64,000 bases of DNA from Balamuthia mandrillaris. Taxonomy: Eukaryota. Position 1 is the stretch's first letter. Each line of letters opens with the position of its first letter. The notes beneath the pieces were generated by a model. It saw only the letters and a list, made by a program, of their open reading frames with translations, did not search any database and was not told where the DNA came from. A program made the translations under genes and the position numbers. The stretch covers positions 124,001-188,000 of the forward strand of contig JAVKOQ020000078.1 of assembly GCA_031835245.2 (NCBI GenBank), written 5' to 3'. Positions 13,349 through 25,386 of the stretch are shown here, one piece after another.

Positions 13349-14674
13349 ATGGAACAAGAGGTGCCAACCGGGTTGTCCGAAGAGCAGTGGGCAGAGTTTT
13401 GGAAGCAAGGGTTTCTTCCCTTGGGTCGTGTTCTTACGGATGAACAACTCGAGGAACTGCGGGAGCGGATAGACGCCATCATGCTCGGCAAGATCCAGTA
13501 CGACGACCTTCTCATGCAACTCGATCCTGGAGGTATGCTTTTTTGCTCTTTAACCTCCTCTACCTGTTTTCTTCCTTCCTTAACTCATGCATCAACAACA
13601 AACAATACAAATAGGTGACTACGGCAGCACGGTGCAGTCGGAACAAACAGTCGGTTGGAAAGGTGCTACCCGAGACTACCGCAAAATAGGAGACGCTGGT
13701 CAAGGCTTGGAGAAGGACGACCTGTTTTTTAAATTTATGGGTATTCCATTGTTCAAGCACCTCTGTGCTGGGGTATATGGTCCCCATGCTGACATTGCCT
13801 GTTACCGAGCTATGCTCATGAATAAGCCAGGCAATAAGGGCACTAATCTGCCTTGGGTTTGTTCTCACCCTCTGCTTCTCTCTCTCCTCCTTTCTTTCTT
13901 CTTCTTCTTCTCTCTTTCTCTCTCCCTTTCTCTCTCTTCTTCTTCTCTTGCCTTCTCTCGCTCTCGCTCTCTCTCTTTTCTGTTCTCTTCTCACTGTTGT
14001 TTGTCATTCTCATATTGAGGTCAGCATCAAGATGGAGGAGAGTGGTGGGGTCTCGATAGAGATCCTCTTATCTTCGTGTGGGTAGCGCTGGACCCTGCCT
14101 CCAAGGGCAACGGTTGCGTGCAGGTCATCGAAGGTAGCCACAAGCTCGGTCTCCTTAGTAGGCGAGGTCACACCCTCACAGAAGAGCAAATCCAAAAGCA
14201 TTGCGATGACTCTAAGCTTAGAGATCTGGAGGTTGCGTTCCCTGTTCTTTGCTCTCTTTTCTGTCCTATTCTAACTTTCGATGCTCTCTAGTTGGCGGCC
14301 GGTCATGCTGTTCCCTGTCATAACTTTTTGATACATAGAAGTGGTGTTAACACCACAGGTACTCCTTGTGATGATTTATCTCCGTGGCTAACTACTCACT
14401 TTATGAACAATCGCTTCACCCACTCCAGAACAACCACGAAGAGGATTCTCGGTCAACTTTATCGATGCCAGAACTGTAGTCAAAACTCCTTTAGGGCCTT
14501 GTGGTAACACCCTTTTCTATTTCCCACCGCCCATGTTAAAACCCAAAAAAAAACCTGTTCGTTCTGACTTGTTGTGTGTAACCAGGCAAACCAGGGCAGA
14601 GCTTCCCGCTGCTCTTCCGTGGCACTCTCGGCGAACCTGCTGCCGCTGCAAGCCAGAAAGAAGGACAGCCATAA
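13349..14674 (+). CDS. Phytanoyl-CoA dioxygenase (PhyH) family Fe(II)/2-oxoglutarate oxygenase
   Basis: LSEEQWAEFWKQGFL, NKP...PW|HQD (HxD facial triad), WVALD..SKGNGCVQVIEGSH, IHRSGVN and distal RR. Confidence 0.9.
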
Positions 14675-14892
14675 GAAGGTGGCATGTTTTGGGTTTGCTT
14701 TGGCCAACTTTTGCCAAAATCCGACGTGGCACAGCGCGGTTGGCTGCCCCTCCATTCATTAATTAGCATTAACAGCAAAATTATTCTTGCAAGAACTTTT
14801 GTGCATTTGTGTGTAACCCTCCCTTTTCGGTGAGACAACGTCGGTGACCTGAGACCTTTGTGGTTGTCGTTTTATCCAAAGCACCTTTAGAC

Positions 14893-16416
14893 ATGAGCGC
14901 ATCAAGTTCTGAGGCCAAAGGACCCAGCAGCTGGGCCATCGAACGCATTGTCATTCATACGACCAATCCCGAGAAATCTCTTCACTTTTATTCTTCTTTG
15001 TTCGAGTGCGTTTGCTTTTTTTCTCTCCTCTTTGCTTTTTTTCATCCCTGTCAGTCTCACAGGTTTAAAACAGGTTTACTCCCGAAAATGAACAACAGTG
15101 GCGAAGCAAGCAAGCTCCCTTCCCCTCTGTCCGCGTTTCTCCATCGGTACTATTTTTTGTAGCTTTTTTTTTTTTCACCGGGGGACATGTTCTAATCCTT
15201 TGTGATTTGCAGTTGGTTCTTGATTTAGTGCCCTCAAAAGAGCAAGGCGCTTCTGGCTCGGTAGAAACATCTCCCACTCGCCTTTATATGACCCCTTCTT
15301 CTCGCTTATTCTTTCTTTGGCAAACCAGGGCGTCAGGAAATTGAGCTTTTGCACAACAGGAGAGAAACTTTTGCGTCTTCACTCTCTTATTCGTGAAGCC
15401 GGTATTCATATTGAAGGTACTCTTTGTTTCCTTCTTTCTTCTGTCTTCTCTCTTTCCCTCCCTCCTCCTCATCATGCTTCTCCTGCTGTTTTGTTTCTTC
15501 CATTTCCCCTCGTTTTACTTGGAATGAGTGTTTATTTTCTCTTCCTTTTACTTTCCTTGCTCTTTTTTCGTTTTGAGAACCTAAGTTGTTCATGCTTAAC
15601 TATTCAGAGGGTCCCGCTAGAAACGGAGAAGGAGTCTCTCTTTCAGTACAAGACCCAAGCGGTGTCCTTGTTGAGGCCACCACATACGAAACCCAATATG
15701 TTGAAGAGCTTCTGGTGGTAACGGAAGCTGCCACCAAAGTATTTTCTGCAAGCTACAATCAGAGCACAGAAACACTACATTTGATCGGTATGCCTCCTTT
15801 ATACCCTGTCCACTATTATGATTTTATTTTCTATTCTCCTTTCTTACTCGCATTCTTATTTTATTTTTTCTCTTTCTCCTCATTCTTGTTTTTTATTTAT
15901 TTATTTATTTTTTTGGTTCTGTTTCTTCATTTTTTGTCTTGTTGATGCTTATGTGTCACTAACCGAACATCAAAGGCAACGTACCATCTTTCGTGGCTGG
16001 CTTGCTCAAGTACTACTGCGACCAGAAGCGGAAGACTGAGGACGTCAAGGTGCAGCTCCTCAAGTCCAAAGCAGAGGCCTCCTTCCTCGGAGGCTCCGAG
16101 TATCTCCTCAAGTGCGGCGAGACGGACTACTTCCGCATTCACATCGCCCTATCCAGAGCTGCCTTGCGGGAAGGTTGGCAGGCCTTTGACGGACAGAACT
16201 ATGGCGGTTCCTCTGGTGTCTCATGTAGGTTTACGTCTTGGATGAAAGAGCCTTCCACCACACTTACCAACTGATAACATAAACACATTGGCTTCTCTGG
16301 AATGAGCTCTTTGTACTCTCTACTTTGAAGATGCAAAAAAAGACAAAACAAGAAGAAATAACACTTGTTGTACAACACTATGCTCTTTCTTCATCATCGT
16401 CATGGTTGTTAGTTAA
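14893..16416 (+). CDS. VOC/glyoxalase-like domain protein with unknown C-terminal region (3' end uncertain: 16274 or 16416)
   Basis: Spliced sequence IERIVIHTTNPEKSLHFY...APFPSVRVSPSLVLDL...VRKLSF...SLSVQDPSGVLVEA fits the VOC fold pattern. Confidence 0.65.
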
Positions 16417-17617
16417 CGGAAGGAAGTGTTCGATCGTTCATGCGGGAAGACAGGAAAAAAAAGAGTCGATACTCATTCTCTCTCCCTATTCTTCTTACTT
16501 GTTCCCTTTCGTCCAGTTCCCTCGGTGAGAGAGTTCCAGCGATTCTAGCTTCTTTCTATTTCAACCCATTGGAGCACTCTTTCTTTTGGTTTCATTGCGA
16601 TTGGGGTGGGTGGGTCATCGCTGCCTGTGACTCCCCTCGACCTCATTCTGGCGAGATAACCCAAAACAAAAAAAATAATTCCTTTGCTTTGCCCGCGCGC
16701 TACGTCATTCCCTTTTGGTTAACCCCACGCACATAAAAAAAGAGCGAAACGTGTTATCGTTGTTTAAGCCAGCGGAAAAGGTGAGTGTTGGGGAAGAGCA
16801 TTGCTTTTGTTGTTACACAAAATTATTGTTTGAAAAAAAAACCTCCGCCCACAACTTTAACAACTCTCGCCACTACATTATCTCACCAACAGTACAATCA
16901 CGGGAGACCGTTCAAACCCTCCACTATCCCCCCCACAAAAAAAAAAACAAAAACAAAAAAAAGCCAACGTTCAGACCCACATTTCTTTTTACCTGTTTTG
17001 GTGAAAAAAAAACAAACGAGAGGGTTGCGTTCGAAAAAAAAGAGGTAAGGAGTGTAGCAACACGCTCTCACACACACAAAGAAAAAAGAGGGGGCATTTT
17101 TTATTTTCTTTCTTTCTTTCTTTCCACTTCTTTCTTGTGTTTGTGGGTGGTGCTTCATTGGTTGTAGGAAGAAAGTAGGGAAGGGGCGTTTTTATTCTTG
17201 TTTTTATTTTGTACACTCATTTTCATTGTTAGGTGACAGGAAGACGTTAAACAAAAAAACGGGGAGGAGAGAGAAAGAGTCTACACTTCCTTGTGCATTT
17301 TGTTATCAAAACCATAAAACCCCCTTTAAAAGGAGGTTTTATAAAAGGTTCGTCCGTTGAAAGCACTTTCTTTTTTGTTTGTTTTCATTTTCATTTGTTC
17401 TCCCTTTGCCCAAGCGCATTGGGAAAAAAAAAAAAACAAAAGAAGGAAGCAAAAAGGTGGAGAGGGATCATTTTTCATCTTTAAAAAAAAAACAACTGGT
17501 AGTTGACCTCACATATTTGGTACACAAAATTTGCTCATGCAGACGGAAGAGTGCGTGGAAGGAAGAACGACACTCATCTATAGTCCCGTCGTCACTGATC
17601 CCTATTAAAACCAACTT

Positions 17618-18762
17618 ATGGAACTCAGTCAGATACCAGCAAAAGAGATGGAGACCATTCGACATCGTTATGAGCAGGTATTCGAAGGAGAGGACGAAAT
17701 AAGCGTGGTGAGCATGGCCCCAAAGGGAGGGTCCTCCTCCGCGCGAGATGACTCATCCTCAGGAGAACCAGAAAACAACACCAATGAATGGGAGGACTAT
17801 TTGATCGGCACTCAGGTGGCGGCTTTGGTGAAGCGGGAGACCTTCAACATGTATCGCAGCATGAAGATTAAGGGCATCAACCTCCGCAAGGCAGAGCCAA
17901 TGGAGGTGGATTACCTATCCCACATTGGGGCTGTACGAGCAGGCACGCACTCTGTTACATTCATTCCAGTCAAAGAAGCCATGCCCTTCATCGAAGGTTA
18001 GTTTTATTTTAGATTAAGTGATCAACAACACAAAACTGATGAGGACTGCGATCAGATATCAGAGGAAGGAATGCGCCAGCGACTAGTAAAACAAAAGGCA
18101 AATCATCAAAAGGAAAGGCGGACCCGCCCACCACACGCTCCACACGTGCTTCACGAAGAAAAGCTTCTACCAGCAATAAAGGCAAAACCAGCGTAGGAGG
18201 GTGGATTCCCCATTCTCGACGTTCAAGAAAACTGGGAGCACAGGCCAGCGATGAAGAGGACATGGATCTTAACGGAGAAGAGAAAAGAGACAAGAAAAGC
18301 AAGAAAAAAGGGCGGAAAAAGCGAAAGTTGAAACACGAGTCTCCTCCTTCTTCGTCCGCAGCCTTTACCTCACCTTCTCACATGCAACAATCTCCGACAC
18401 CTGCATCTTATTCATCACCCTCTTCTCCGTCCGATTCTTCCTCTTCCTCTCCTTTTTCATCCGTTCCATCCTCACCTCTTTCAGCTACCTTTACGGAACC
18501 TTCGTCTTTTCCTCCTTCCCAAAAGAACCACAAAAAACGATCCTGGACCGACGGTTCAGCCCTTTCCTCCTCCTCACCCTCCTCATCCTCGCCCCCCTCC
18601 TCACCATCCCTACCACCGCGCAAACATTCCCCACCGGACAAAATCCAGTTCCAACACATCCCCGTTCCCGCCGCCTCCAAACCGCCAAGCCGCAGGAAGC
18701 CGCCCCCTTGGGAAGTCCATAGGGCCGTCAAGAAGGAAAAAACCCTTTTCCCCTCTTTTTAG
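17618..18762 (+). CDS. Probable DNA-binding protein with SMARCB1/INI1-like winged-helix segment, basic NLS and Ser/Pro-rich tail
   Basis: YLIGTQVAALVKRETFNMYRS...HSVTFIPVKEA, followed after a short intron by KKSKKKGRKKRK and an SP-rich region. Confidence 0.55.
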
Positions 18763-19144
18763 TTAGGCTGAGCTCAAACGAGATGTGTTAATACATTGTG
18801 TGTTTGAAACAAAAAAAAAACAAGGTTATCTTTTGCGTGTTCTTGCCGGCATCCCCCTGCAGCTGTAGCCAAAATTATCGTCTCAGCGTTTAAAAAAAAT
18901 ATATTCCAAGAAAATTTTCGAGATCTCTGAAAGATCTATTGGATGACATCAGGCATATTAATTTTAGGGTAACGCCCTCTTATTGCGATCTTCAGCAAAC
19001 AACAGAAAAGAAAAGAGCTGGGGCTAGCGGCAGCGGTCAAAAGGCGGAGAGAAGGGGAACAACAAAAAAGACGTAGCAGAAGGGGAAAAAACTGTTGTTT
19101 ATTGTAAGTTTGTTCAAAGAAGAAGGCGCTACTCGACTCGAAAG

Positions 19145-21503
19145 ATGGCAACAGAAACGAAACAAGCCTCACCACCAAAGTCGCTGGTTTTGGAACGTGC
19201 GTTTTTTGTCTTCATTTTGTTGATCTTTTTTCGATTTTGTTGTTTTCCTGCTGCATATCTCATCTTTCTTTCTTTTTTTTTCTCTGGTCTAAATAAACAG
19301 TGGTGGAGGGCAAGGATCTGCCGGCCATGGACCGCTGCGGTACTAACATTACCACTCTTTATTTTCTCAAACCTATTTTTCCCTTCTCGATGACCTTTCT
19401 CCTCTCTTCCATTTCTTTTCGCTTTTATGGTGTTCAGGCACTAGTGATCCATATTGCGATATTCGGTATGGAAAGTTAAAGCTGCAGTCCAAAACCATCT
19501 ACAAAACCCTGAACCCGAAATGGGCTGAACAATTCGACTTGTGCGTTGTGCTGTTCTGTTGTTTCTTTCTCTTTCTTTCTTTCTTGTCGTTTCTTTCGTT
19601 CTTTAGTTCTTTCAAGTTTTTCCTGTGTTTTCCTTTTCCTTTTTCTTTCTTTTCTTTGGGAAAATGCTAACTAATTTTGAAAAAACTGCAAACAAACAGA
19701 GGCCCACTGATTGAAGAGGAAGAGATAGACGTTCAATGTTGGGACCGGGACAAAATAGGAACAAACGACTTCATGGGTCGCTTCTCTATCTTTCTCAGAG
19801 ACTTTATTAGGCCTGGTTCGACCTCTTTCCCTTCTTTTTTACATTCTCTTTTGTAACTTTGTTTGTTCCAAATGACCAGGCGAATACACAAAGACATACC
19901 CTCTTGAAAGCAGAAAGGGTAAAAAAGACAAAGGAGTAAAAGGCGAGATAGTCGTCAAATTGCACGTCAAAGAATCAGGCGCTGCCTCCTCCGCGGGAGA
20001 AGCCGCTTTACAACAATCTGGCAAATCTCTTCCTCCCAGAAAAGCTAGCAAGAGTCGAAGAGAGCTCGTCAAGAAGAAGAAATCAGACATTGCAGGCACA
20101 GAGAGCAAGAAACGAGATAGAAGGACCAGAAAGAAAACAAAAGGTAAAGGGATACGCAGCAAAGAAGACGAGAACTATGAGGACATCGACCCTACCGACA
20201 AAGCTCGCGTTCGAAGAAGGCTCGCCAACTTCCTCAATCGTCGTCCCAATCGTGGAACGTTGATCAACGCCGGTATTCTTCCCGCTGCAGGCGGAAAACT
20301 CTTTGGAGAACGTCTCTCGGAAGTGATGTCTCGTCAGGCTACTTACTATCCTGACCTCAAGATCCCCTTCTTCATTGCCTCTCTCATAGAGTTCTTGTTG
20401 AATGACAAGACGACCTTCACCGAGAGCGGATTGTTCCGCATCTCTGGTTTGGCTGGCACCATTAAGAAGGTGAGGGAAATGGCGGAGTCAGGAAAGCCTT
20501 TGGACCTGCCTGAGCTGATCAACAGGGATGATGCCGCCAGCTTGTTGAAGGAGTACTTAAGAGAATTGCCAGAACCTATCTTTACATTTGCTTTGGAAGA
20601 GGAATGGGTAGCTGCTGGTAACCTGATTGTTTTCTTCTTTGTTCTTTCTCTTCTTTTCTGACAATTGTCAATTTCTCAACCCAGCAAAGGAACCGGATGA
20701 GACCAAATCGATTCCAATGTATCAGAACTTATTGCAGCAACTTCCTGAACACAACCTTCACTTGTGGCATGCCTACAATAACTTCCTTTACAAATTGAGG
20801 TACAATTTTACCGCAAGTGTGTCGGCTCTTCTTCGCTTCTCACTATTTTTCTTTTTACTTTTTGTCTTTGTTTTCAAAACTTGAAAACAAAAAGTTTACA
20901 GAGCGAAGTGAACATGATGAACCCAAATAACATTGGCATTGTCATCGGCCCGAACGTTATGTGGGAGAAGAGCATGCACATGCCCAACATGCACATGAAT
21001 CAAGCGGTTGCCACTCTCGTAGAGCATTACCCCGACATTTGGGCCATCTTTCCTGTACGTCTTCCTCTTCTCCTTCTATCTGGTGACAAAAAAAAAATTA
21101 CTGAAACAAAACAAACGAAAAGGGGATCGACGAGGAAGAAACAGAAGACGGAGGCGAAGGCCTCGAAGAGGACGAAGAAGGCAAATGGCTCTACATCCCT
21201 CCCGAAGTCGACTCCGAGGATGAGGAAGCTGAAAGCGAGAGCGAGGCGGAACTGACAGGAGAGGTGGACCAGTGGAGCTGCGCCCAAGTGAAAAAGTGGT
21301 TGAAGGAGAACCAATTTGGGGAGTACGCCGCCAACTTTGGTGCTAATGGCATCGATGGTAATGCTCTTCTCTCCATCGATGCAGAGTCGTTGCAACAGAG
21401 GCTCAACGTGGAGTCGTTGGGTCATCGCAAGAAGATCCTTTTCCGAGTGGCTGAGCTGCAGCAACAACAACCTGCAAAGGAAGTCGTTTCGCAAGCTTCT
21501 TAA
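19145..21503 (+). CDS. C2 + RPEL + RhoGAP + SAM domain protein
   Basis: C2 (VVEGKDLPAMD..GTSDPY...KTLNPKW...CWDRDKIGTNDFMG). RPEL-like LANFLNRRP..TLINAGIL. RhoGAP GLFRISG, ASLLKEYLRELPEP, NMMNPNNIGIVIGPN. SAM WSCAQVKKWL...IDGNALL...LGHRKKI. Confidence 0.9.
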
Positions 21504-21642
21504 AATCCAAACAAGCCGTTTTGTTTCCTGTTTTTAAACAAAAGTGAAGGCCGTTGTTTTGTTGTTTTGCTTGCCGAAGAGTTAAAGAAGAAGAAGAAAA
21601 GAAAAGGGGCAAGCCGAAGAACGCGACAAGAAGAAAGTTTTT

Positions 21643-22758
21643 TCAGAACTTGAAGCACATATCCTGAGAGTAGCCAAGCTGCTGAAGGTTGGCCAGCATG
21701 GCGTTGTTCATGGGAGTGGGTCCACACATGACCATCATGATGTCATCGGCAGGTGCTGGGCAGTGCTCCTTTATCATCTCCGCTGTGACAAAGCCAACCC
21801 CTTGCGTCCATCCTTCAGGGGGCTTTTGTTGTTGTTGGTGTTTTTCAATGCTTTAGAAAAAGAAGAGAGGAAACGAGAAGAGAAGCACAGAAGAGAGGAG
21901 AAACCTGGTTGAGAGCGTAAAAGAGTTTGAACCGATCAGGGTGTTCCTCGGCCAGGTGCTCCAGTCGGTCGCGCAGGAGGATGTCCTCCTCCGTTACGTT
22001 GGCAAAAATGAGGTGCAGCTGGGTCCTGTCTTTGGGGTTCTTCAGGATGGCGTTGATGACCTGGAGCATTGGGGTAATGCCAGTGCCGCCAGCCAACATG
22101 CCGAAGGCCCTCTTCATGTTGGGGCGGTAGATGAACTTGCCCTTGGGGCCTTTTACGTCGATGACGTCGCCAACCTCCATTCGATCAAAGTAACTCGACA
22201 TTTGTCCCTTGGAAAAAAAAAAGTGAGCGAGATTAACACAATGCTGAAGAAAACGCCGAGCAGAGTGAAAAGAAGAAGCAGTTACTTTGGGATAAACTTT
22301 GATGAGGAGGTCAAAGTAGCCAAGGTCATCGTCAGAGCTTATGGGCGTGTAGGGTCGGTACACTTCCTTTCCATCAATGATGCAGCTAGTTTTTTTGATG
22401 AAAGTTTAGGCTTAAAAAAGTAGCAGAGATTTGATAGTAGTGTGTGTTACCGGAAAGACATGTGTTGGCCGATGGGAAGACCCAACACATCATCGGGCTT
22501 GGGCAGAGAGAAACGGAAGATGCGAGTGTTGTGGTTGATGATGATCTTTTCGGCCAAAGCGAACTTTTGGTAGCGTTCCGGGTCCAACGCCACCTTCTTT
22601 GTAGTCTTGTTGGTGGGGTAGGCCGATTTGGTGGACGCTCCGGAGATCTCCTTCAGCACGATCCTGCCCACAACAAAGGCGATGAGGGCACCCACGGCCA
22701 GACCGAGGACGGTGGGAGTGGAGAGGGCACTGGTGGTGGGGTCCGCTGCGTCTTCCAT
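21643..22758 (-). CDS. NADH-cytochrome b5 reductase with N-terminal membrane anchor
   Basis: [11 protein letters not shown]...[40 protein letters not shown]-terminal FKF. Confidence 0.96.
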
Positions 22759-23090
22759 TCTTTTCTTTTTGTCTTTCTTGTCTTGTCGCTCCCTCTCCCT
22801 TTTTTTTCTTTCCCGTTTTGAGGTCGCGAAACGGGCGCACGAAAAGCAGAGGTACTTCCCACCCTTGAACTGTGTCCAAAAGACCACTGTCACGAAACGG
22901 TGGATAATTTCTTCCCATTCCTGCCTGCAATTAAATCATGACGACGTGAGGTTTATATGTCTTACGTCAGCATGTGAAGACAAACTTCTTCGTCGGCGCT
23001 TGTCCTCTTTCTTCTTCTTCTTCTTCTTCTTCTTCTTCTTCTGCTTCTCTTGGTGGAATCTCTTTCTTCAAACAGTACTATTGCCACTGC

Positions 23091-23278
23091 TGACTAGAAG
23101 ATCAAAGCTCATGGTCAACCTACTGGGGAGACCAAGGCTACATCAAAATGGCTCGTAATCGCAATGACAACTGTGGCATTGCTGTACGTCTCTCCTCTTT
23201 CCTCTCTCGTTTTGTTCGCCAATCTGACTAAATGGCTTTGCTTTCTTGCAGAGCCAAGCCAATCTTGCCATCGATTAA
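23091..23278 (+). pseudogene. Remnant of the 3' end of a papain-family (C1A, cathepsin L-like) cysteine protease gene
   Basis: Reads SWSTYWGDQGYIKMARNRNDNCGIA, intron 23184-23251, then SQANLAID*. The upstream W-x-I-K-N-S-W motif appears as tag-aag-atc-aaa-gc-tca-tgg (stop plus frameshift). No 5' exons seen. Confidence 0.8.
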
Positions 23279-23439
23279 ACAGAATAAAGCCAAGTTGTGT
23301 CTTCTGTTGTTGGCTCAAGTATTCTCCCTCTCGCTCTCACGCTTTCTCTCTCTCTCTCTCTCATGTCTGCCTGTTGGCCCTGAGATCAAAGTGGAAGGAG
23401 GAAGGTTGCTACAAAGGAAGAGGTCAGGAGGAGTTACTT

Positions 23440-23718
23440 TTATTCTGCACAGAAGCCTCCGACTCGGTCTCTGGGGATGAGTTTCAGCTCGCTTCCATGG
23501 GCCAAGAAGATGTGTCCAGCAGTCTGTCCCTGCGGGCTGAGTCCTGTGCCATCGCTGGAAAGGATGGCGCTGGTCTCTGGCGGCACCTTGAACTGTTCTG
23601 CAGCAAAGTGAATGACAGCAGTGAAAGGCGTTTCCTCTGGCACCTTGATGATTTTGTAGGGCAACGAGGGATCAGAGGCTAGCGTGATTTTGAATTGAAC
23701 CTTTGCCTTGGTTGCCAT
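23440..23718 (-). CDS. UFM1: Ubiquitin-fold modifier 1, intronless
   Basis: [16 protein letters not shown]...[19 protein letters not shown]...[14 protein letters not shown] + extension GFCAE. Confidence 0.97.
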   Translation of the reverse strand: MATKAKVQFKITLASDPSLPYKIIKVPEETPFTAVIHFAAEQFKVPPETSAILSSDGTGLSPQGQTAGHIFLAHGSELKLIPRDRVGGFCAE

Positions 23719-24104
23719 CTTTCCTTGAGGTATGTTATAGAGTAGAGAGGTCTGGCTTGAGGTTTTGTTGTGTTTGTTGTTCTGATGCCACAAAGATGGG
23801 TGGTGGCTTGCTTTTCTTGTCTTTTTTTTTTCTTTGTTTTTTTTCTTTTTTTTTTTTGTTGGGTTTACCCCTCAAGTCTACGGAAAAATCGTTGGGTTTT
23901 GGTTTGGGAGACAACCTCCATGCAAATTGACCATAAAAGAGGCTCGGTTCAAGTCGCAACGCTGGGTGCAAGGCACGGCGAACATGCTGCGCGGTTTGCT
24001 CATGTACCTTGAATCGGGACTGGGTTGCTGTTTTTGTGTCACTTGATTGTTTTAACTTTGTTGCCATTTTTGGAGTAAAGCTAATGCCTCTTACAAGAAA
24101 GGGT

Positions 24105-25210
24105 TTAGAGAGAAGCGCGATCCGATGGGAGGGACGGTTGTCCTCCTTGCGTGTGATGGATGTGCAGCCGCATGTTGTGAGGTATCGCTGTCTTGTGACC
24201 CTGTTTATGGTCGAAGTAGACAGCACGAGCAGTACCCTTCGCCACCACTCCGCTCTTCTTGCTCTCCTTGAATAGGTTTAGATGAGCAGGGGGGGAGAGA
24301 ACAGAGAAGAGAGGAGAGGAGAGAAGAGGTGGAGCGCTCTGGAGGTGATACGATAGCCACAGCCACAGAACCAGACGAACAACAACAACAAGCACACTTC
24401 TAGAACACAAACATGGAGAGAGAGAGAGAGAGAGAGAGAGGAAAGAAAGAAAAGAAAAGAAAAAGAAAGGAAAGGAAAGAAACGACAAGAAACGACAAGA
24501 AACGACAAGAAAGAAGAAAAAATGAAAACAGCGAGCAGGGAATGGAGTACCACTTCAAAGTCAAGCACCAAGGAGGTGATGCCTATGGAGGATACTTTTA
24601 TCTTCAGCAATATGGTGTCAGGATAGCGCAGAGGCTTGAGATAGCGCATGCTCTGGTCGGCTATGACGATCCCGTGGCCCTTCTCCGTGTCCCCCAGTCC
24701 TGCTCATAGGAGAGTTTCAACAAAAGAAAAAAAACACTTGGTCAAGAATGAGGAAAGAAAGAAAAAGAAACATAGGAGGGGGCAAAGGCTACTGGTCGCT
24801 ACTCACGCAAAAAACGAAGATACTCTGCTCTGCACGTCTGAAACCACTCTTTGTGAGGGTGAGGGAGGAGATAGAGAAGCCAGATGAGTCTACATTTGGT
24901 CTTTGGCTCTGTGCTGTTGAGGCACAATAGACAGGAGGAGAAAGAAAAGAAAAGGGACAAAGAAACGATCTTACTTACGAAAGAAGGCGATGTTATTGAC
25001 GTGACGGTGAGCGTCCAGATCTCCCCAGTCCACTTCCTTTTCAATGATGAACGGCCACCAGTCTTCTTGCTTGTTGTGGTTCCTCTCCTCGACCGGCCCT
25101 CCACCTCCGCTTGCGTTTGGCTGCTTCACGACCTGCATCAGCCGCCTCCGTTGTGGCTCTGCATTTATATGCCGGATTGAGGTGGTCTTCTCCCCTTCCT
25201 CCTTCGTCAT
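24105..25210 (-). CDS. Hot-dog fold acyl-CoA thioesterase (4HBT/YbgC-like)
   Basis: EVDWGDLDAHRHVNN, YLKPLRYPD, IGITSL, AKGTARAVYFD...KTAIP. Confidence 0.88.
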
Positions 25211-25386
25211 TTCTTTCTTCTCAAGTTTAAAAAAAAAAAGAAGAGCAAGACAAAAAGAGTTGAAGAAGAGAGGATTGATTTTTGCTTCGAGTGGAAAAAA
25301 GTTTGTTTGGTTTTTGTGTTTAAAAAAATAACAAAATAGAAGAAGAGGAGGATCCAATCGCCTGGGGGGGTGTCGACTGAGAGTGA

